A stretch of DNA of 64,000 nt from the NCBI GenBank assembly GCA_965113315.1, contig OZ220366.1. One strand, 5' to 3'. Each line of letters starts with the position of its first letter. Position 1 is the stretch's first letter. The position numbers and the translations under genes are program-made. The stretch comes from Podarcis vaucheri (Eukaryota). The notes under the pieces are model-generated. The model had not been told where the DNA came from, made no database searches, and saw only the letters and a program-made list of their open reading frames with translations. This document shows, in pieces, positions 36,912-50,515 of the stretch.

Positions 36912-39900
36912 TTCCAGGCCATACAGACATAGATGCGTCACTGGTGTGTGGCCGCTGCATATGTTGGAGCAAGTATTAGGTAGCAGAATCCTTTTAATGG
37001 TAGAATTGCACACAAAGAAGGAATTTATATTAGCCCAGCACCTCATCTAAATCTATCTTAAGTCTTAGTACTGCTATTTCGGGGGGGGGGGGGCTCACCA
37101 GCCGCAAACTTACCTAAGGCAACTTGTTCCATTTTCTCCTTACAGAAGTATTTCATGTGGAGGAACAAAAGGATGTGGTATAGCCCAGGAAAGTAATATT
37201 TTCAGCTCAAGGCTTTTCAGATTACTTAGCCTACGTCTTCCTAATGCTCTGAGTTGACTTTCCTTTCTTAAAAACAAAAATAATAATTATTATTATTTCT
37301 TCCTTCTCTAGCAGTTGATCCTAGAAGCAGTTAGGAAATGTGGGGAAACTAGTGAACTCTCTTATTTCTCAAGCTCTTTCCACAAAGTAGTGATATTTCT
37401 GGATTGCTACTGAGTTTTCTGTATGTTATTCCTGTGTGGCTTTGTTCTGAGAGCACCAGGCAACAGCATGGCAGAGCAATATTAGCAATAATAAATGTAA
37501 CATATTGGCTGAATAGATGTACAGCATAGCAACACACTATTCCTATTTCTCTCCCACCTAGTCCCAGTTTTAAAAAGAGAGAAATGTGCATATTTTTTGT
37601 GCACAGTATACCTGGATGCCTGATGGAACTATTCTATCAATTACCTTGCCCCATGGAAACAGCACCCATGTTGAATGTATGTGCTGGAAGTGGCAGTGTA
37701 TGAAATGGCTTCACTACCAATTTATGCATCTCCCTTCTGCCCTAAGGTACAGATAGGGCTGCAACAGCCGTAGCCCGCGCTAGGTACGATGTTTGGCACA
37801 GGTCAGTTGTTAACAGTGGCTGAGGGGACAATATAGGAGGCACACCAGGAATTGTAGGATATGGTGGAGAGGATAATTGGGCTAGAAGCTGGCATGGGTG
37901 AATATTGGGGCAGGGAGAGGAAGGGGAGCATGAGAGGGGAGAAATAACAGAATTTGTGAGATGTGTATGGTAGAGGAAGAGAGAAAGTTATGGGAATTTG
38001 GGTGGGACTGGCCAGGTATGGGATCCCAACCCTTTTGGTTTTTTTAAAGGCTGTAAGGAATGGAAAGGAAGGCAGCAAAATAGGGGAACATGTTTAGTGA
38101 GGAAACACTGAGTATGCAAGAAGGTACTATGCAGAGGAGGGAGGTTGAGGAGCAGGGCATGGTGTTAGAGTGGCATAGAATGAGCAAGCCATACAGAGGT
38201 GAGATCTTGGTTTGGATCCAGAGACTGTATTGTGATTAGGACAGAGAGGCAAGCTGTGTGGACAGAACTGCTCAAGAGGCTTCGCAAATCGTTTCCATAT
38301 GTTACAGGTGGCGAGTTAGGGCCCCATACCTTTCAGTGCTTTGGGGCCCAAAATCCTTAATTTCCTGGTGATCAAACTAACCATAGCAATGGGATATGCT
38401 GTTGAATTTACTGTTCTTTAGATAAACGTTTGGGAGCTCTTTAAAATACAGTAAACCTGCAGCTTTGAAGTTCCTTTTGAAAGGACTATGTCAGAAAACA
38501 TAAATTTGTTGGAAGATAATTCAGCAGCAAATTTCCTCCTGATGTTTCGCGGTACCTTGTGTTGCAAAATAATTTAACCTTTTCAAACACAACACAGAAG
38601 GGCTTATTCAGCTTTGCCTTGCCACCCCAGAAGGGGTAACATTGTCCTACTTTCATCTCAAGCGAATGGATCAAGAGGACTCTTCTTGCTTATGTTGTCT
38701 CAAGTGCTGTATTTTGAGCACTTTTGATGATCTAAACCAGCTAGACTTGAATCAGTGTTGATGTCAAACATTAGATCAGCTTCTTCCATTTTACAGGCCA
38801 GTCTACGTCCTTCTCTCTCTCTCAGCTTATTATAATAGAACCCTCTTTGTCATCAGCTGCCAGCTTCATGGCACACTAAATTTATCTGAAAAGGTTAAAT
38901 AGGAAAAGCATGTAGCTCAGTGTTTGCTGCTTTATTGTTTGTAAGAAGGATCCCATTATCATGATTTGAGACAGCAGACAAGCATTATTGCTGCTATCAA
39001 AATGGAAAGATGGATATGACTGGTTTTGAAGGTGTACAGCTGATAATTGCGACAACTTTGGCCTGCAACAAGCTTGAAAATCTAAATGAATTGGTATGTG
39101 TCCACCAATATGAAGCAGTCATCTTCTGTGGCCACTGTTGTAAGCAGCACCTGTGCTTCTGGACAAATTTTCTTTAGGTATATGGTGTGCAATCATTTCT
39201 GATTTCCAACTTCCCCCAGCCTGCAATCAATCATGCTAGTTTAATCATGAGGACCTTAAATGTATAGTACTGTATTAATTTTTCTCCAACCATTATCCTT
39301 TGTTTGTCACCTTGGACAAACTTGGTACCCCAGATCAGTGTTCGAAACTTACTCAATGTGAGCCCATAATATAGGATGCCCTTCCCATGTTCTCCCTTTC
39401 TGGCAAAGTTGTTTGACAGCATAGCTCAAAACCAGAAAAATATTGCTTATTATTTGTTATGCATTCAGTTTCTTATCTGCCCTTCACCATAAAGTCCCAG
39501 GGCAGGTTGCAGCCATTTAAAAATACAATTTTAAAAATAGCTTAAAGCAAACTGATAATGAATGCCCAGCTGGTTCTTTATGGCTCTTACAAACTGCTTG
39601 TTTTACCTTTGCCTCTGAGTGTCTTTCTGCGTATACTGCCACAAACCGTTCTGCACCAATTATTTGGGAATGATGAAGGAACAGGGCTTAATCCTTGGGT
39701 ACAAAATTGGAGAGCTGAGTTGGCAAGTGTATTGAAGGCAAGGGATTCAGGGGATGGGAAGAATGAGAGGTTCAGTCATCCTGAGGCCACCTCCTGCCAG
39801 GCCTCAACATGTTGTAAAGTTGGAAGTTTCTTCAGTCTGAAACTCCTGCAGAGCATTTATTCACATGCTCACAGTATTTATTTTATTTAATACAGAGACT

Positions 39901-40146
39901 TCTAGTTAAAGCATTGCATTTTATACATGGCTAGAGATAGTGTTCCATAAGGGGCAAGGGCAAGTCCAAGGCTAGCTTCTCATTTAAACTTAGAGAAAAG
40001 CGCCTTTCCCAGCTGTTTGAAGGTCTGCCAGTAGTTTAATACACTGTTCCACAGAATCTACACACCATTTCACATATGACAAACTGTAGATTTATATTGG
40101 TGCTTGTGAAACAAGAATTCTCCAGTTAGAACTTCAAAACTCAGTA

Positions 40147-41096
40147 CAGTGGTGCCTCGCAAGACGAAATTAATTCGTTCCGCAAGTCTCTTCATCTTGC
40201 GGTTTTTTCGTCTTGCGATGCACGGTTTCCCATAGGAATGCATTGAAAATCAATTAATGCGTTCCTAGGGAAACCGCCTTCAGACCAGGTCCGGGGACAG
40301 TCTGTCCCCGGACCTCTTCTGAAGGCTGGGGGGGGGACAAGGGCTTTTCTTTCCACCCCCAGCATTTAAAAAAACCCCGGGACAGCGGAGGACTTCTCCG
40401 CTGTCCGGGCGATCTTAAAATGCTGTCGGGCGGCATTTTAAAATCGCCCCGGACAGCGGAGGACTTCTCCGCTGTCCGGGGCGATTTAAAAGCCCCTGGG
40501 AAGGCAGGCAGGGGGGACAAAGACTTTTGCCCCCCGCCAGCCTTCAGAAGAGGTCCTGGACCTCTTCTGAAGGCGGGCGGGGGGCCAAAGTCTTTGCTCC
40601 CCCCCGCCTGCCTTCAAAAGGTGTCCCCGCTGCAGCGGGAGGTGTCCCCTGCCCCCCCGCCCGGCTTCGGAGCACCGGGAGAAGCCATCTCCCTGCAGCC
40701 CCTTGCTTCAGAAGAGGTCCGGGGGAAGCGGGAAGCGAAGCGCTTCGCTTCCCCGCTTCCCCCGACGTCTTTTGCAGCAAGGGGCTGCAGGGAGATCGCG
40801 ATCTCCCCCCAGCCCCTTGCTTCAGAAGAGGCCCGGGGGAAGCGGGAAGCGAAGCGCTTCGCTTCCCCGCTTCCCCGCTTCCCCCGACGTCTTTTGCAGC
40901 AAGGGGCTGCAGGGAGATTGCTATCTCCCCGCAGCCCCTTGCTTCAAAAGAGAAGACCCGCTGTCCCCGGGGCAAGCTTCGTTTTGCGAAGCAAGCCCAT
41001 AGGGAAATTCGTCTTGCGAGGCAATTCGAAAACGAAAAACCTTTCGTTTTGCGAGTTTTTCGTCTCGCGAGGCGTTCGTCTTGCGGGGTACCACTG
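40147..41096. mobile_element. Tigger-like (Tc1/mariner) non-autonomous element, 950 bp
   Basis: 22-bp TIRs CAGTGGTGCCTCGCAAGACGAA and TTCGTCTTGCGGGGTACCACTG with 2 mismatches. TA TSD at 40145-40146 and 41097-41098. CpG-rich palindromic tandem interior, no transposase. Confidence 0.92.
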
Positions 41097-44057
41097 TATT
41101 TCTATTCATTCAGGGCCAACCATTTGTTGGTTAGATTAAGCTTTGTTTGCTCTTGAATTTTTAAGACCTTCTTAACCTGCAGGAATGTTGCAAACTTTAA
41201 AAAATAAATAAAAATAAAACCATAGATTGTGTGATTGTTCTGGTGTGGCAGTACATTTATTGTTTTGATGTGTGGTAGTGATCTGTTAAATGTTCTTACA
41301 CGTTTGGAAAATGTCAAGTGCGTAACTCAAGGTTTTCCCAGTAGAGGCGGGCAGCAATCTTGACTGAGGTATTTAGAACTCTTCTTGACATGCTAATCAA
41401 CCCATAGTGGCTTAGAGCATCCAAATAGTTCTCCGTGTAACTGTGTTGGGAGAATTGGGAAGGCAAATCTCTTTACAGCCAATGGCTGTAACTTTTGGTC
41501 CCCCTAATGCTGTTGGACTTCCAACTCCCATTGGCTTCAGCCAGAAAAGCCAACATCCCATCAGGGATTATGAGAGTTGCATTTCTATATCTGTGGAATT
41601 TTCATTCCGCCCTTTGACCCAAAGGTTCCCAGGGTGGTGCATAATATTATAATACTTAAATCCAGACAAATAATAATAAGAAAACAAACAATTACAAAAA
41701 CAAACAGAAAACACACACACAAGCCGACAACCAAAATTGCAAACAATCCAGCAGCTGTATCTGGAGAGTCACAGGCTAGCCCCCCTCTCCTGAACAACAT
41801 TTGTTGCTTTGGGTAATAAGGCGAGTATGGGTGAGTTGCTTTGCCCACTTTGTAAAGAATGCTCCATAAATACTTGGCTGTGTGTATTCATAGGTGAATT
41901 TGTAGGTGAATGCGGGAATCCATTCTGCATTTTATTCTGTTGACACAATGATAAATAATGACAATTTATTTCTACCCTGCTCTACTAAGTGCCAGTATAG
42001 TGTTTGAGACCAGACTCACAGCACTAGTCATTTTAAGACAGCATGTAGGTGGCGATAGTGCAGGATCACTTTTATTTATTGTTTGAATCCACATGAATCT
42101 GCAGGTGACATGCATAACTAAAAATAGCTTTGAAAACAGTCAAAACAACAAACAACTTAAAAGATAGGTTCTAAAACAATACACCCAGCTGGTAAAGCTT
42201 ATTGAAACAAAAAAATGTCTTCAGTGGTTTCTGCAAAGTACAAATAATGGTTGCCTGTTGTATTCCAACAGGGATACTGTCCCACAGAACAGGGGCTGTC
42301 ACACTGACAAGTCTTACACCTCCAAGTATGGGTTCTATACTATTGACAGCACCCCTTTGTGCAGGGGTTGCCCGTGCTCGAAAAGCATGAGTTTTTCCCA
42401 GTGCTTTATGCACCATAGTTGGTTCTTGTTCTTTTTCTTCTATTTGTATTCCTTATTTAAAAAAAATGTGTGTGCATGTGTGTGTGCACACATCCACTTT
42501 CATTTTATACCCTTCCCCAGAGAATACTTTCAGTCCTCTCTTTCTCTTTTTTTTAGTTGGCCTCCTTTTGTGAGTGTGTTAAATCTGCAGCCAGGTTCAC
42601 CGTTAGCTCTGGGCAAATCACTGAGCTGTTATTAACCTGCTTCCATGGCAACTGCTGCTCACAAGCCTGAGGACAAAAAATTGTTTTTATTCTGAACTGC
42701 ACAAAAGGTTCTAGTGATGCTTTAGACAAAATGGCCATTGAAAGTGAGTTGCATTGATGTGTGTATCTGTACAATTTATATTTAAACTACTTTACTCTGG
42801 TGTGTTACGGTAGTATTGGACATGCCCGGCATACTTTTAAATTCTGTTTTTAACATCTTCCACCATATTTTGTAAGGGATGTTAAGGTTTTCCACTTTTC
42901 AAAAAGCGGAATTTATATAAAGAGAAGAGTAGTTCATCTCTTTGACTCTGCTAATATGGCCATTCTTAAATGTTTCCTGTTTGTCCTCCTGTTGCCATTT
43001 AGTTTCTTCCATGCCAACATGATTAATATTGTGTGGTTATGTTTGTTTGAGAATGAGACCAGCAGATAAACCATTTTTCAGCAAAAGAAAACATTTTATG
43101 TCATGAAATGCAGAGTTGAAAACATAACAAACATCTATTTATCTATATTAGATGTGTTACTAGTTTAAGCACACCACAGATATACTCTACAAAAAATAAA
43201 ATTCAGGCAAGTCTTGATATTGTGCACAGAGGTATATACTGCATCATGGCTTCTGTCTTTTAGCTGTGAAAAGTATGCACATCACCCATGAAAAGTGAAC
43301 ACATGCATGTACTCAAAACTGTGTGTGACCAGTAGTCCCAAGTTTCCTACAGGATATTAGTATCCTAAGGAAATGACAACCTGTTGAAAATCTCCCAGGA
43401 ACACCATTCCAGCTACTATGGCTGCTGAGGCCGTTATGCTAACATTTCCCACAAAGATACCATTGAGAGTATCGCCTCTAACGTTGCTATAGTGAGTGCA
43501 TCTAACCACTATAGTGCATCTAACCATCTAATCCCTGTCACGTCATAGTTATCCACAATTTCTTCAGGAGTAGTATTACTACCATGACCTGGGACCAACG
43601 TCTTCTTGAAGCCCAACCAACAATCCCCTCCCTGCCCAATTTTAGAAATCAGGAAGGACAAGGAGTCAAGACACAGGTAGCTGATGGAAACCAACCTTCA
43701 ACTACCTTACCCATGATCTCCGGTTACACCAACTGAAGCTCCTCCAACATCACCAGACACCTCACCAGAATCACCTGCTCCAAATATGGAATCCAAATCC
43801 TGGTTTATGCAAGCAATTTTAACTTCCGAATTCCTCACAAACATGTCACAGCAAGCTTTGGATGAGTCTACTGATGTGTCCTCAGTAATCTACAGCTTAA
43901 TCTGGACAATGATACTTCCTTCTCACAAGCCTTGGGTGGACGCCTCCATCTAAGACCTGTTAGAAGCAGACCCTGGGGAAAAACCTGAGCTACCAAGACA
44001 ACACTAGTACAGGATGTCATACTGTCAGCCGTAACTCCAGGAGTTTATTAACCCCCT

Positions 44058-44297
44058 CATTGTCCAATGTAACATCTGCCAACATCTGCCAGTGTGCTCT
44101 TCTGCATTCTACATGGAACCAGCAGGCCTGTCTCTGCAAAGCAACAAAGGGACACAAATATATCATAAATAGCAATTGCAAAAAGCCTGTGGGAAAACTT
44201 TTCTGCCTCTCAGGACACTCTGTAACTGGCCCTAATTAAACAAAACAGCTTCAGTGGGAAACTAGTGTGCTGAATTACAATTTATGAGGCAATTCAG
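44058..44297 (+). mobile_element. Decayed Penelope GIY-YIG endonuclease region
   Basis: Frameshifted peptides CSSAFYMEPAGLSLQ and KGHKYIINSNCKKPVGKLFCLSGHSVT resemble the recalled Penelope motif CPSALYIGQTGQSLRKRINGHKSDI..KPVGEHFNLPGHSIT. Confidence 0.65.
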
Positions 44298-44851
44298 TTA
44301 TGGCTTGAAGTATGGCTTGAACTGTTTTATTGCAATTCATGTGTCAATTAGCTTGTCAATGCCAGGATGTTTGTTATCACCATTGCTGTGATACGGTGTA
44401 AAATAGTGTTAACTATTTTGTTTTCAAGCTAGCCTTCACAGTTCCTTATACACATCATTTTCCTCTGACACGAGGGGTGCAGGAGGAATCTGGGAGGTCT
44501 GTATCTTGAGCAAACTCATCTGGTCTTGCACCTTCATGGGTTAATGTACAGACAGGTTGAGCTACTTCTTTGAACCCACCCACTCCAACCAAGTTCTGTG
44601 AGGTAGTTTGAGTCAGATGCCTTGTACATTTTTTCTTTTTTCCAACTGGTAATAGCTGCTTGGAGTTGCTAGGACAAGTGTCCCTAGTCTGGTGTGCATG
44701 GTGCCTGGGAAGGCTTTAACTGGTGTCTTGGGACAGGTGCCCCAAACTCTCAGGATTGAGTCCTTCTGAAAAGCAAGTTATTTCTGTGAAATGATAGTGT
44801 AGTGAGGTTGCCTTCTATACTTTTTGTGGTACTGTTGCTATTAGACACTCT

Positions 44852-44907
<56 letters not shown>

Positions 44908-45274
44908 AAAATCTGCACAATGGGTACCAGGACAAAGCTGACTTCCCACTGTAAGCATAAGGTTGTCAGGGGTGACTGTCTCTCTAGTTTTGTGTTATGC
45001 CATCCCATAATAGCTATTTTGTTACAGACACTCTTTTTTATCTATTTTAAAGCCCCCAAAATATTTTACTTCTTAAAACATTTTTCACACGAAAAAGCTA
45101 CATAATAAACATTTTTTCTTTTAAACATTTGTATACCATGCTTGAAACAGAGTGGTCTGAGGACAGGAGACCCATGCAAAAAGGGGAAAGGAATGGAACC
45201 TGACTGTTCCTTCCTCCTCTGACATCTCTCTCCCAATGTGCATATATGCTTGCCAATTTAAGATGACACTTCAA

Positions 45275-45350
45275 GCTTCTGATGAAGCAGACCATGAAAA
45301 CCTATGCCACAATACATTTGTTAGCTTTTTAAGGTGCTACGAGACTTTTT
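45275..45350 (+). mobile_element. Penelope terminal fragment
   Basis: CTGATGAAG..GAAAACCTATGCCACAATACATTTGTTAG..TTTAAGGTGCTACGAGACT. Same strand as, and downstream of, the endonuclease remnant. Confidence 0.6.
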
Positions 45351-47718
45351 CTTTAACTGCTGCATGGACTTTATTGCTCTATGGATGTGCCCAACTATAA
45401 TAATTTCTGTGTACCTGTACAAAGACATCATGTAATGTTTGCTTTTGGTGGGTAGCAAATAATATATACATCAGAGTTGTACTTATGAGTGCATCTCTTG
45501 CCTCCCCAGTTCTCCTAAGCCAACTTTTAAATTTTTAAAAATAAAATAGACTCAGGATGGTACTGGGCTTATTCCAAACCAATCTGCATTTAATCTGAGA
45601 CTTTGGTACATGAAGCAGATTTTTCCCAATACTCTGATTCTCCAACCCCCCGCCACATAACACTACCTTTGTACACAAGACTGCCCCCTCCCACCAATAC
45701 CCATTCACATTGGCGCTGCTGGTCTGGCACAGAGAGGAATGTTTCTCTCTTGTCAGCACCTAGCATCTTGGTTGCCCTGGATTCCTGATGGGAGCTGGAG
45801 GCAAACACGTAAGTGGAACAGGTAGTGCTTACCTTGCATTTGAAGCAACTGTTCCAAGCCAGCCTATTTCAAAATGCAATGCTTGGGACTATGTATTCTG
45901 GCATCATCTCTAGTGAGAATAGCATAGCAGTTCTAGGACAAGAACTTGGTTAAGTGGTGTCTTGGGCAACTAGGTAGTTTATTAGTATGGCAATCAGCAA
46001 AATGGCTTCCTCTTCTCTTGAACAAATGAGTGACTGTGAGCATTTGGAGAAGCAGACTCGCAAGTTTTCCAAGTTCAAAGCCAATTCCTTTTATCTTAGG
46101 CTGTGTACTTTTTCAGCCACCCCTTGTTGTTAACAACTGTTCTAGAAACTCCAGTTCATAAGATCAGCAGGGTGGTTGAGGCACAGTCTGTGTCTTTCCA
46201 GAAAGCACCTGGGAGTTTCGATCATTTTAAACTTCCACCATGCCCAAATCTCCTTGTGCATGTGCAAAGCTAGCAGCTCAAAGTGGAATCTGAAACTGAA
46301 CATTCACTACACTGCAGACTAGACTTAGCAGTTCTGATGTTACTAATGAATATAAAACTATCCCTAGAGGACACAGAAATATTTCCAGATACTGAGGACA
46401 AACAAACTATGTAAATAAATCCAGAGGGTTTGCAGCACAGAATCTCCAGTGAAACAGTGTCCCATATGTAATTTAAGGAACTAAATGGGCCTTTGGGATG
46501 TTTCTTTTCTATTCTCATGATACCTTTGCATGCTTGCTGTATCAGTGATGCTGTAGAATTTGCCATTTTTAACCACCTAAGACCAATATGAACTGTTTCT
46601 CCTAACTCTTTTCTTTTTACCTCACCAGTATCTGAAACTCCTCTTTGAGTGAATTATTCTAATTTAGTTGCATCTGAAGTCTTGAAGGCATATTCCTTCA
46701 TTGGAGTAGTGTTGCGCTGCGAAATTAGTTCCCATGCTGGGTTTTGAATCAAGTGGCTAACCTGTGACACATACCCCGGGTTATTTTTGGACACCAGCTC
46801 CCGTCAGCCTCAGCCAGAAGTCTGGTCAGGAATGGTGGAAATTGTAGTAACAAGATCATCCTGAAGGGCCACCCCCTTTCCATATTCAGTCTTCTAGGCA
46901 TTTACTAAAGTGGAAGGGCACCAGTAGTGCTTCTAAGCACGGCAGGTGTGTAGCATTTCATCTATCCTAGGGAGAATCTGCTGCCCTCCAGATACAATTC
47001 TGGCCTGAGGTGATGGGAACTGTCACCCACAGATTCTTCATCCTTAATGTCAATTAACAAGCTTGGGATGTTCTGTATTTGAACATATCTGTATGTTCTT
47101 CAGAGAAAGCACAAGCTTTTCAGCTGCATTTATATAGAACCTTTTGAGTACATCACACACCAGTAAACTTTTTAACATCCATGTTGGGTGAACCAGTGTG
47201 CTGTCAAATGGGGCCTGAGGTTTTATAAAGCTACCGAGTGTGGGTGGATTACTTTAAGGCTGTCAAATGAATTTGTGGCTTAGATGAGACTTTTAACTAG
47301 AGGGCTTCTGGCTCCCACATCGCCCTGCAAAGATGTCTGAAAGGACAGTATAGTGCACTCAGTTTCAAAGTTTTATTTTTGTTGTCTGTGCTTAAAATAG
47401 AAGTGTTAATTTGATGTGTCGGTGGAGAACACACACTCTTTTCTAAAGCATCCTGCACAAGCTTGCTTCATCTGCAGCCTTTGATTTTCATAGAATCTGG
47501 GGTGCTGTCACTCTTGTACTTTGAGGCGACAGACATAAAGAGGAAGGTCATCTGATGAAAGAAGGAAGTGCAACCCATTAGCTTTGAACAAGTAACTTTG
47601 CTAATTGTTCTTACTAGTTTTACCACATGAAGTCCAAATGATGTTGTTCTCATAACTTGTTCTTGTACTTAAATAATGTTGTCTTTGTGTCCCCCCCCCC
47701 TTTTTCTTTTCTGCTTAG

Positions 47719-47905
47719 GTTGCTTTGAATGTTGCATTAAGTGCCTGGGAGGAGTTCCATATGCTTCCCTTGTGGCAACTATTCTCTGCTTCTCTGGGGT
47801 AGCATTGTTTTGCGGCTGCGGTCATGTGGCTCTCGCCGGGACTGTATCGATCCTCGAACAGCGTTTTTCCACAAATGTTACTGACCATGCTTTGTTATCT
47901 GAAGT
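47719..47905 (+). CDS. GPM6B: GPM6B exon 2 (GCFECCIKCLGGVPYASLVATILCFSGVALFCGCGH..LLSEV; TM1)
   Basis: Proteolipid family sequence. TAG| acceptor, |GTAAGT donor, 187 nt. Confidence 0.98.
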
Positions 47906-49570
47906 GTAAGTACAAAACCACTTCTCTTACTCTGTGAAGCAATTGCAGTGATAACTTTAATAACATCAGAGCTAGGAGCGCATGCCAATTCAGCCAGCAA
48001 GGAGGTAAGAGTGGCTGGCAAAACTCAAAATTTGAAGTGAATTTGGAGAGTCCATCTCAAGCAAAACATCTTTTGGATTGGGGCTGTTTTTATATACAGC
48101 ATATAGTTGTGAACTTTGTTGGGTGGGTTGGGGAATTTGCAACACTTCCACCAGAAGTCTGCTGCTGTTAGGGATTCAGCATATATTCCCCCCCCCCAAA
48201 TGTATATTCTCGTTCAACAGAGAGAAGGAAAACAAGGGTAGCGATAAATCTCCCAAAGAGCATAGTTATTCAGCTCCATAGCAACTGAAGGCAAGAAAAA
48301 ATAGCTGTTGCCAGGAGATGACAGACCACTAAAAATATACTGGAGAGGTACACAGGAAAGCAATACTGCTAAATCTAAGGATAAAATAATAAATGTTATC
48401 ACTAACCACTGCAATTGAGGCAGTCATGACATTTCTCTCACATGCCACATAACTCCATAGTAGATGCGTAATGGACTATGAATCTAATCTTCTGCCTCCC
48501 ACTGAAATAGGCTATATTGGTTTGTGTCTGAAGCATGCTAGTTTTCCTCAACAGGATCTCCCATTGCTGAACTGTTCTTATGGTTAAATTTCCCCCTCAA
48601 TTATTAACCTCTCATCTACATTACTTAAGCTTAAAACATGTTGCCTCTTCTGTCCTTGGTGAACAGTTTGTCTTCCTTTTCATGTTCTAGATCTTTGAAA
48701 AAATTGTTAGTGGCTGTCACTTCACTTCTATAGGGCACCACTGCATAATTCCTTTGGCATTATGATTTATCTTCTGGATGTCTAGTGGATCAACTAAAAT
48801 GATTTTAATTGTGGTGCACAAAACTGAATCTGAAACAAACAAATATGGTTTACATACCTCTAGAAGTGCAGACGAATGCACTTTTGCATAGTGCCTTAGA
48901 TGCAGGGTATTCTGACATTTTGTATGTGGAACAGGAAACAAAACCTGTATTACATACAGGCTGGTTGTGAGGATACCATGGGGTGCGGTGATGACCAGAA
49001 ACCAAATTTAGCAGCAAAGGGGAACAATGCAAATTACTCACAAATTGTGGCTACATATTACTTTTAATGGAAAAGAATGGCTGGATCCGTTACAAAAGAG
49101 AAATAACTGCACGTTAATTGCACAAATGAATGGGTAGAGCTAGAAGGTGCATTATATTGAGTGATGGGGGCAATGTACCCTGCTGCTACTATGAGGAATT
49201 TATATTGTGTGGATGCAGTGCACACACTGACAAGAGACGAAAGGGGAAAGCCCCTTCTTGTTGCTAGATGGCATTGAGGTGTGTCGGTCTGCGTCTCCAT
49301 CCTTGCAGCAGAGCTCATTTTGTCTATTTGAGTAGGAGTGGCACTCCTTTAAATGTTTTTCTTGCTGCTGAAAGAAAGCAAGAACAAAGCTTCCTTCCCA
49401 GCAGAAGTATGCTGTGGTTCCTTCTGGGATACAGTAAAGGAAGATGTTTGCAGTAAGAAATATTCTATAGTGACTGGTGAGGGTAGGGCTTGAGGCTATT
49501 TAATTATGTGTAAGCATCAGATGCTGCAGCATTTTTGAAGTTACTGGTGGTCAACTTTGGCTGTGTAACA

Positions 49571-49882
49571 CAGGGGTCAGCAAACTTTTTCAGGAGGGGG
49601 CCGGTCCACTGTCCCTCAGACCTTGTGGGGGGCCGGACTATATTTTGGATGGGGGAAATGAACAAATTCCTGTGCCCCACAAATAACCCAGAGATGCATT
49701 TTAAATAAAAGCACACATTCTACTCATGTAAAAATACCAGGCAGGCCCCACAAATAACCAAGAGATGCATTTTAAATAAAAGCACACATTCTACTCATGT
49801 AAAAACATGCTGATTCCTGGACCTTCCGCAGGCCTGATTTAGGCAGCGATTGGGCCAGATCTGCCCCCCGGGCCTACCCATG
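49571..49882. mobile_element. hAT-Charlie-like MITE with an internal tandem duplication (period 71)
   Basis: CAGGGGTCAGCAAAC start, CCTACCCATG end. 8-bp TSD GTGTAACA/GTGTAATA. 49674-49734 is repeated at 49745-49805. Confidence 0.85.
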
Positions 49883-50358
49883 GTGTAATAGCTGTATAGA
49901 AGGGCAATAAATACTAGATGTTTTCATCCGAGGATTTGACTGACTAGTTCAGTTTGTGTATGAAATTCAGCTTCTCCATCTGCTCTGGTTCCCTTTATTC
50001 TTGAATATGATGAGGTTAAAATCTACAACAGCTTAACCAGTTCCAGTTGACAAGTCAACATTAAAAGAAGAGCAACTGGATCAGAATCTAGACCAGCCTT
50101 GCTCAACCTGCTGCTCTCCATATGGTGAAGACACTAATTCCTTTCAGCCTCAACCACGAGCATGGTCCAAGGCCAAATCTTGCAACCTGATGGAAATTAT
50201 GACCAACTACATTGGTTCTTTACACAGCTAGTAAATGGTCTCACTTGTGAACTTACCACTAAGGTGTTCATTCTGTCCTTGTGCTCTCGGATGATTATGA
50301 AATGAGACTTTATTTCAGAGTGACAAGAGTCTGATTGCCCTGTTTGTTTCCTTCTCAG

Positions 50359-50515
50359 AATAAAACTAATGCAGTATGTGATCTATGGCATTGCATCGTT
50401 TTTTTTCTTGTATGGAATTATCCTGTTGGCGGAGGGCTTTTATACAACAAGTGCTGTGAAGGAGCTGCATGGTGAATTCAAGACAACCATCTGTGGCCGC
50501 TGCATCAGTGGAATG
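50359..50515 (+). CDS. GPM6B: GPM6B exon 3 ([52 protein letters not shown]; TM2)
   Basis: CAG| acceptor, ATG|GTGAGT donor, 157 nt, frame continuous. Confidence 0.98.

Noticed and set aside
40420-41156. Longest ORFs in the window (239 and 209 aa, overlapping)
   Set aside because: They lie in a GC-rich palindromic MITE interior that is open in several frames on both strands. The peptides are repetitive and lack a DDE/D transposase motif.
49674-49805. Direct repeats with a short spacer, superficially CRISPR-like
   Set aside because: Only two units, inside a hAT MITE, in a vertebrate genome, with no cas genes.
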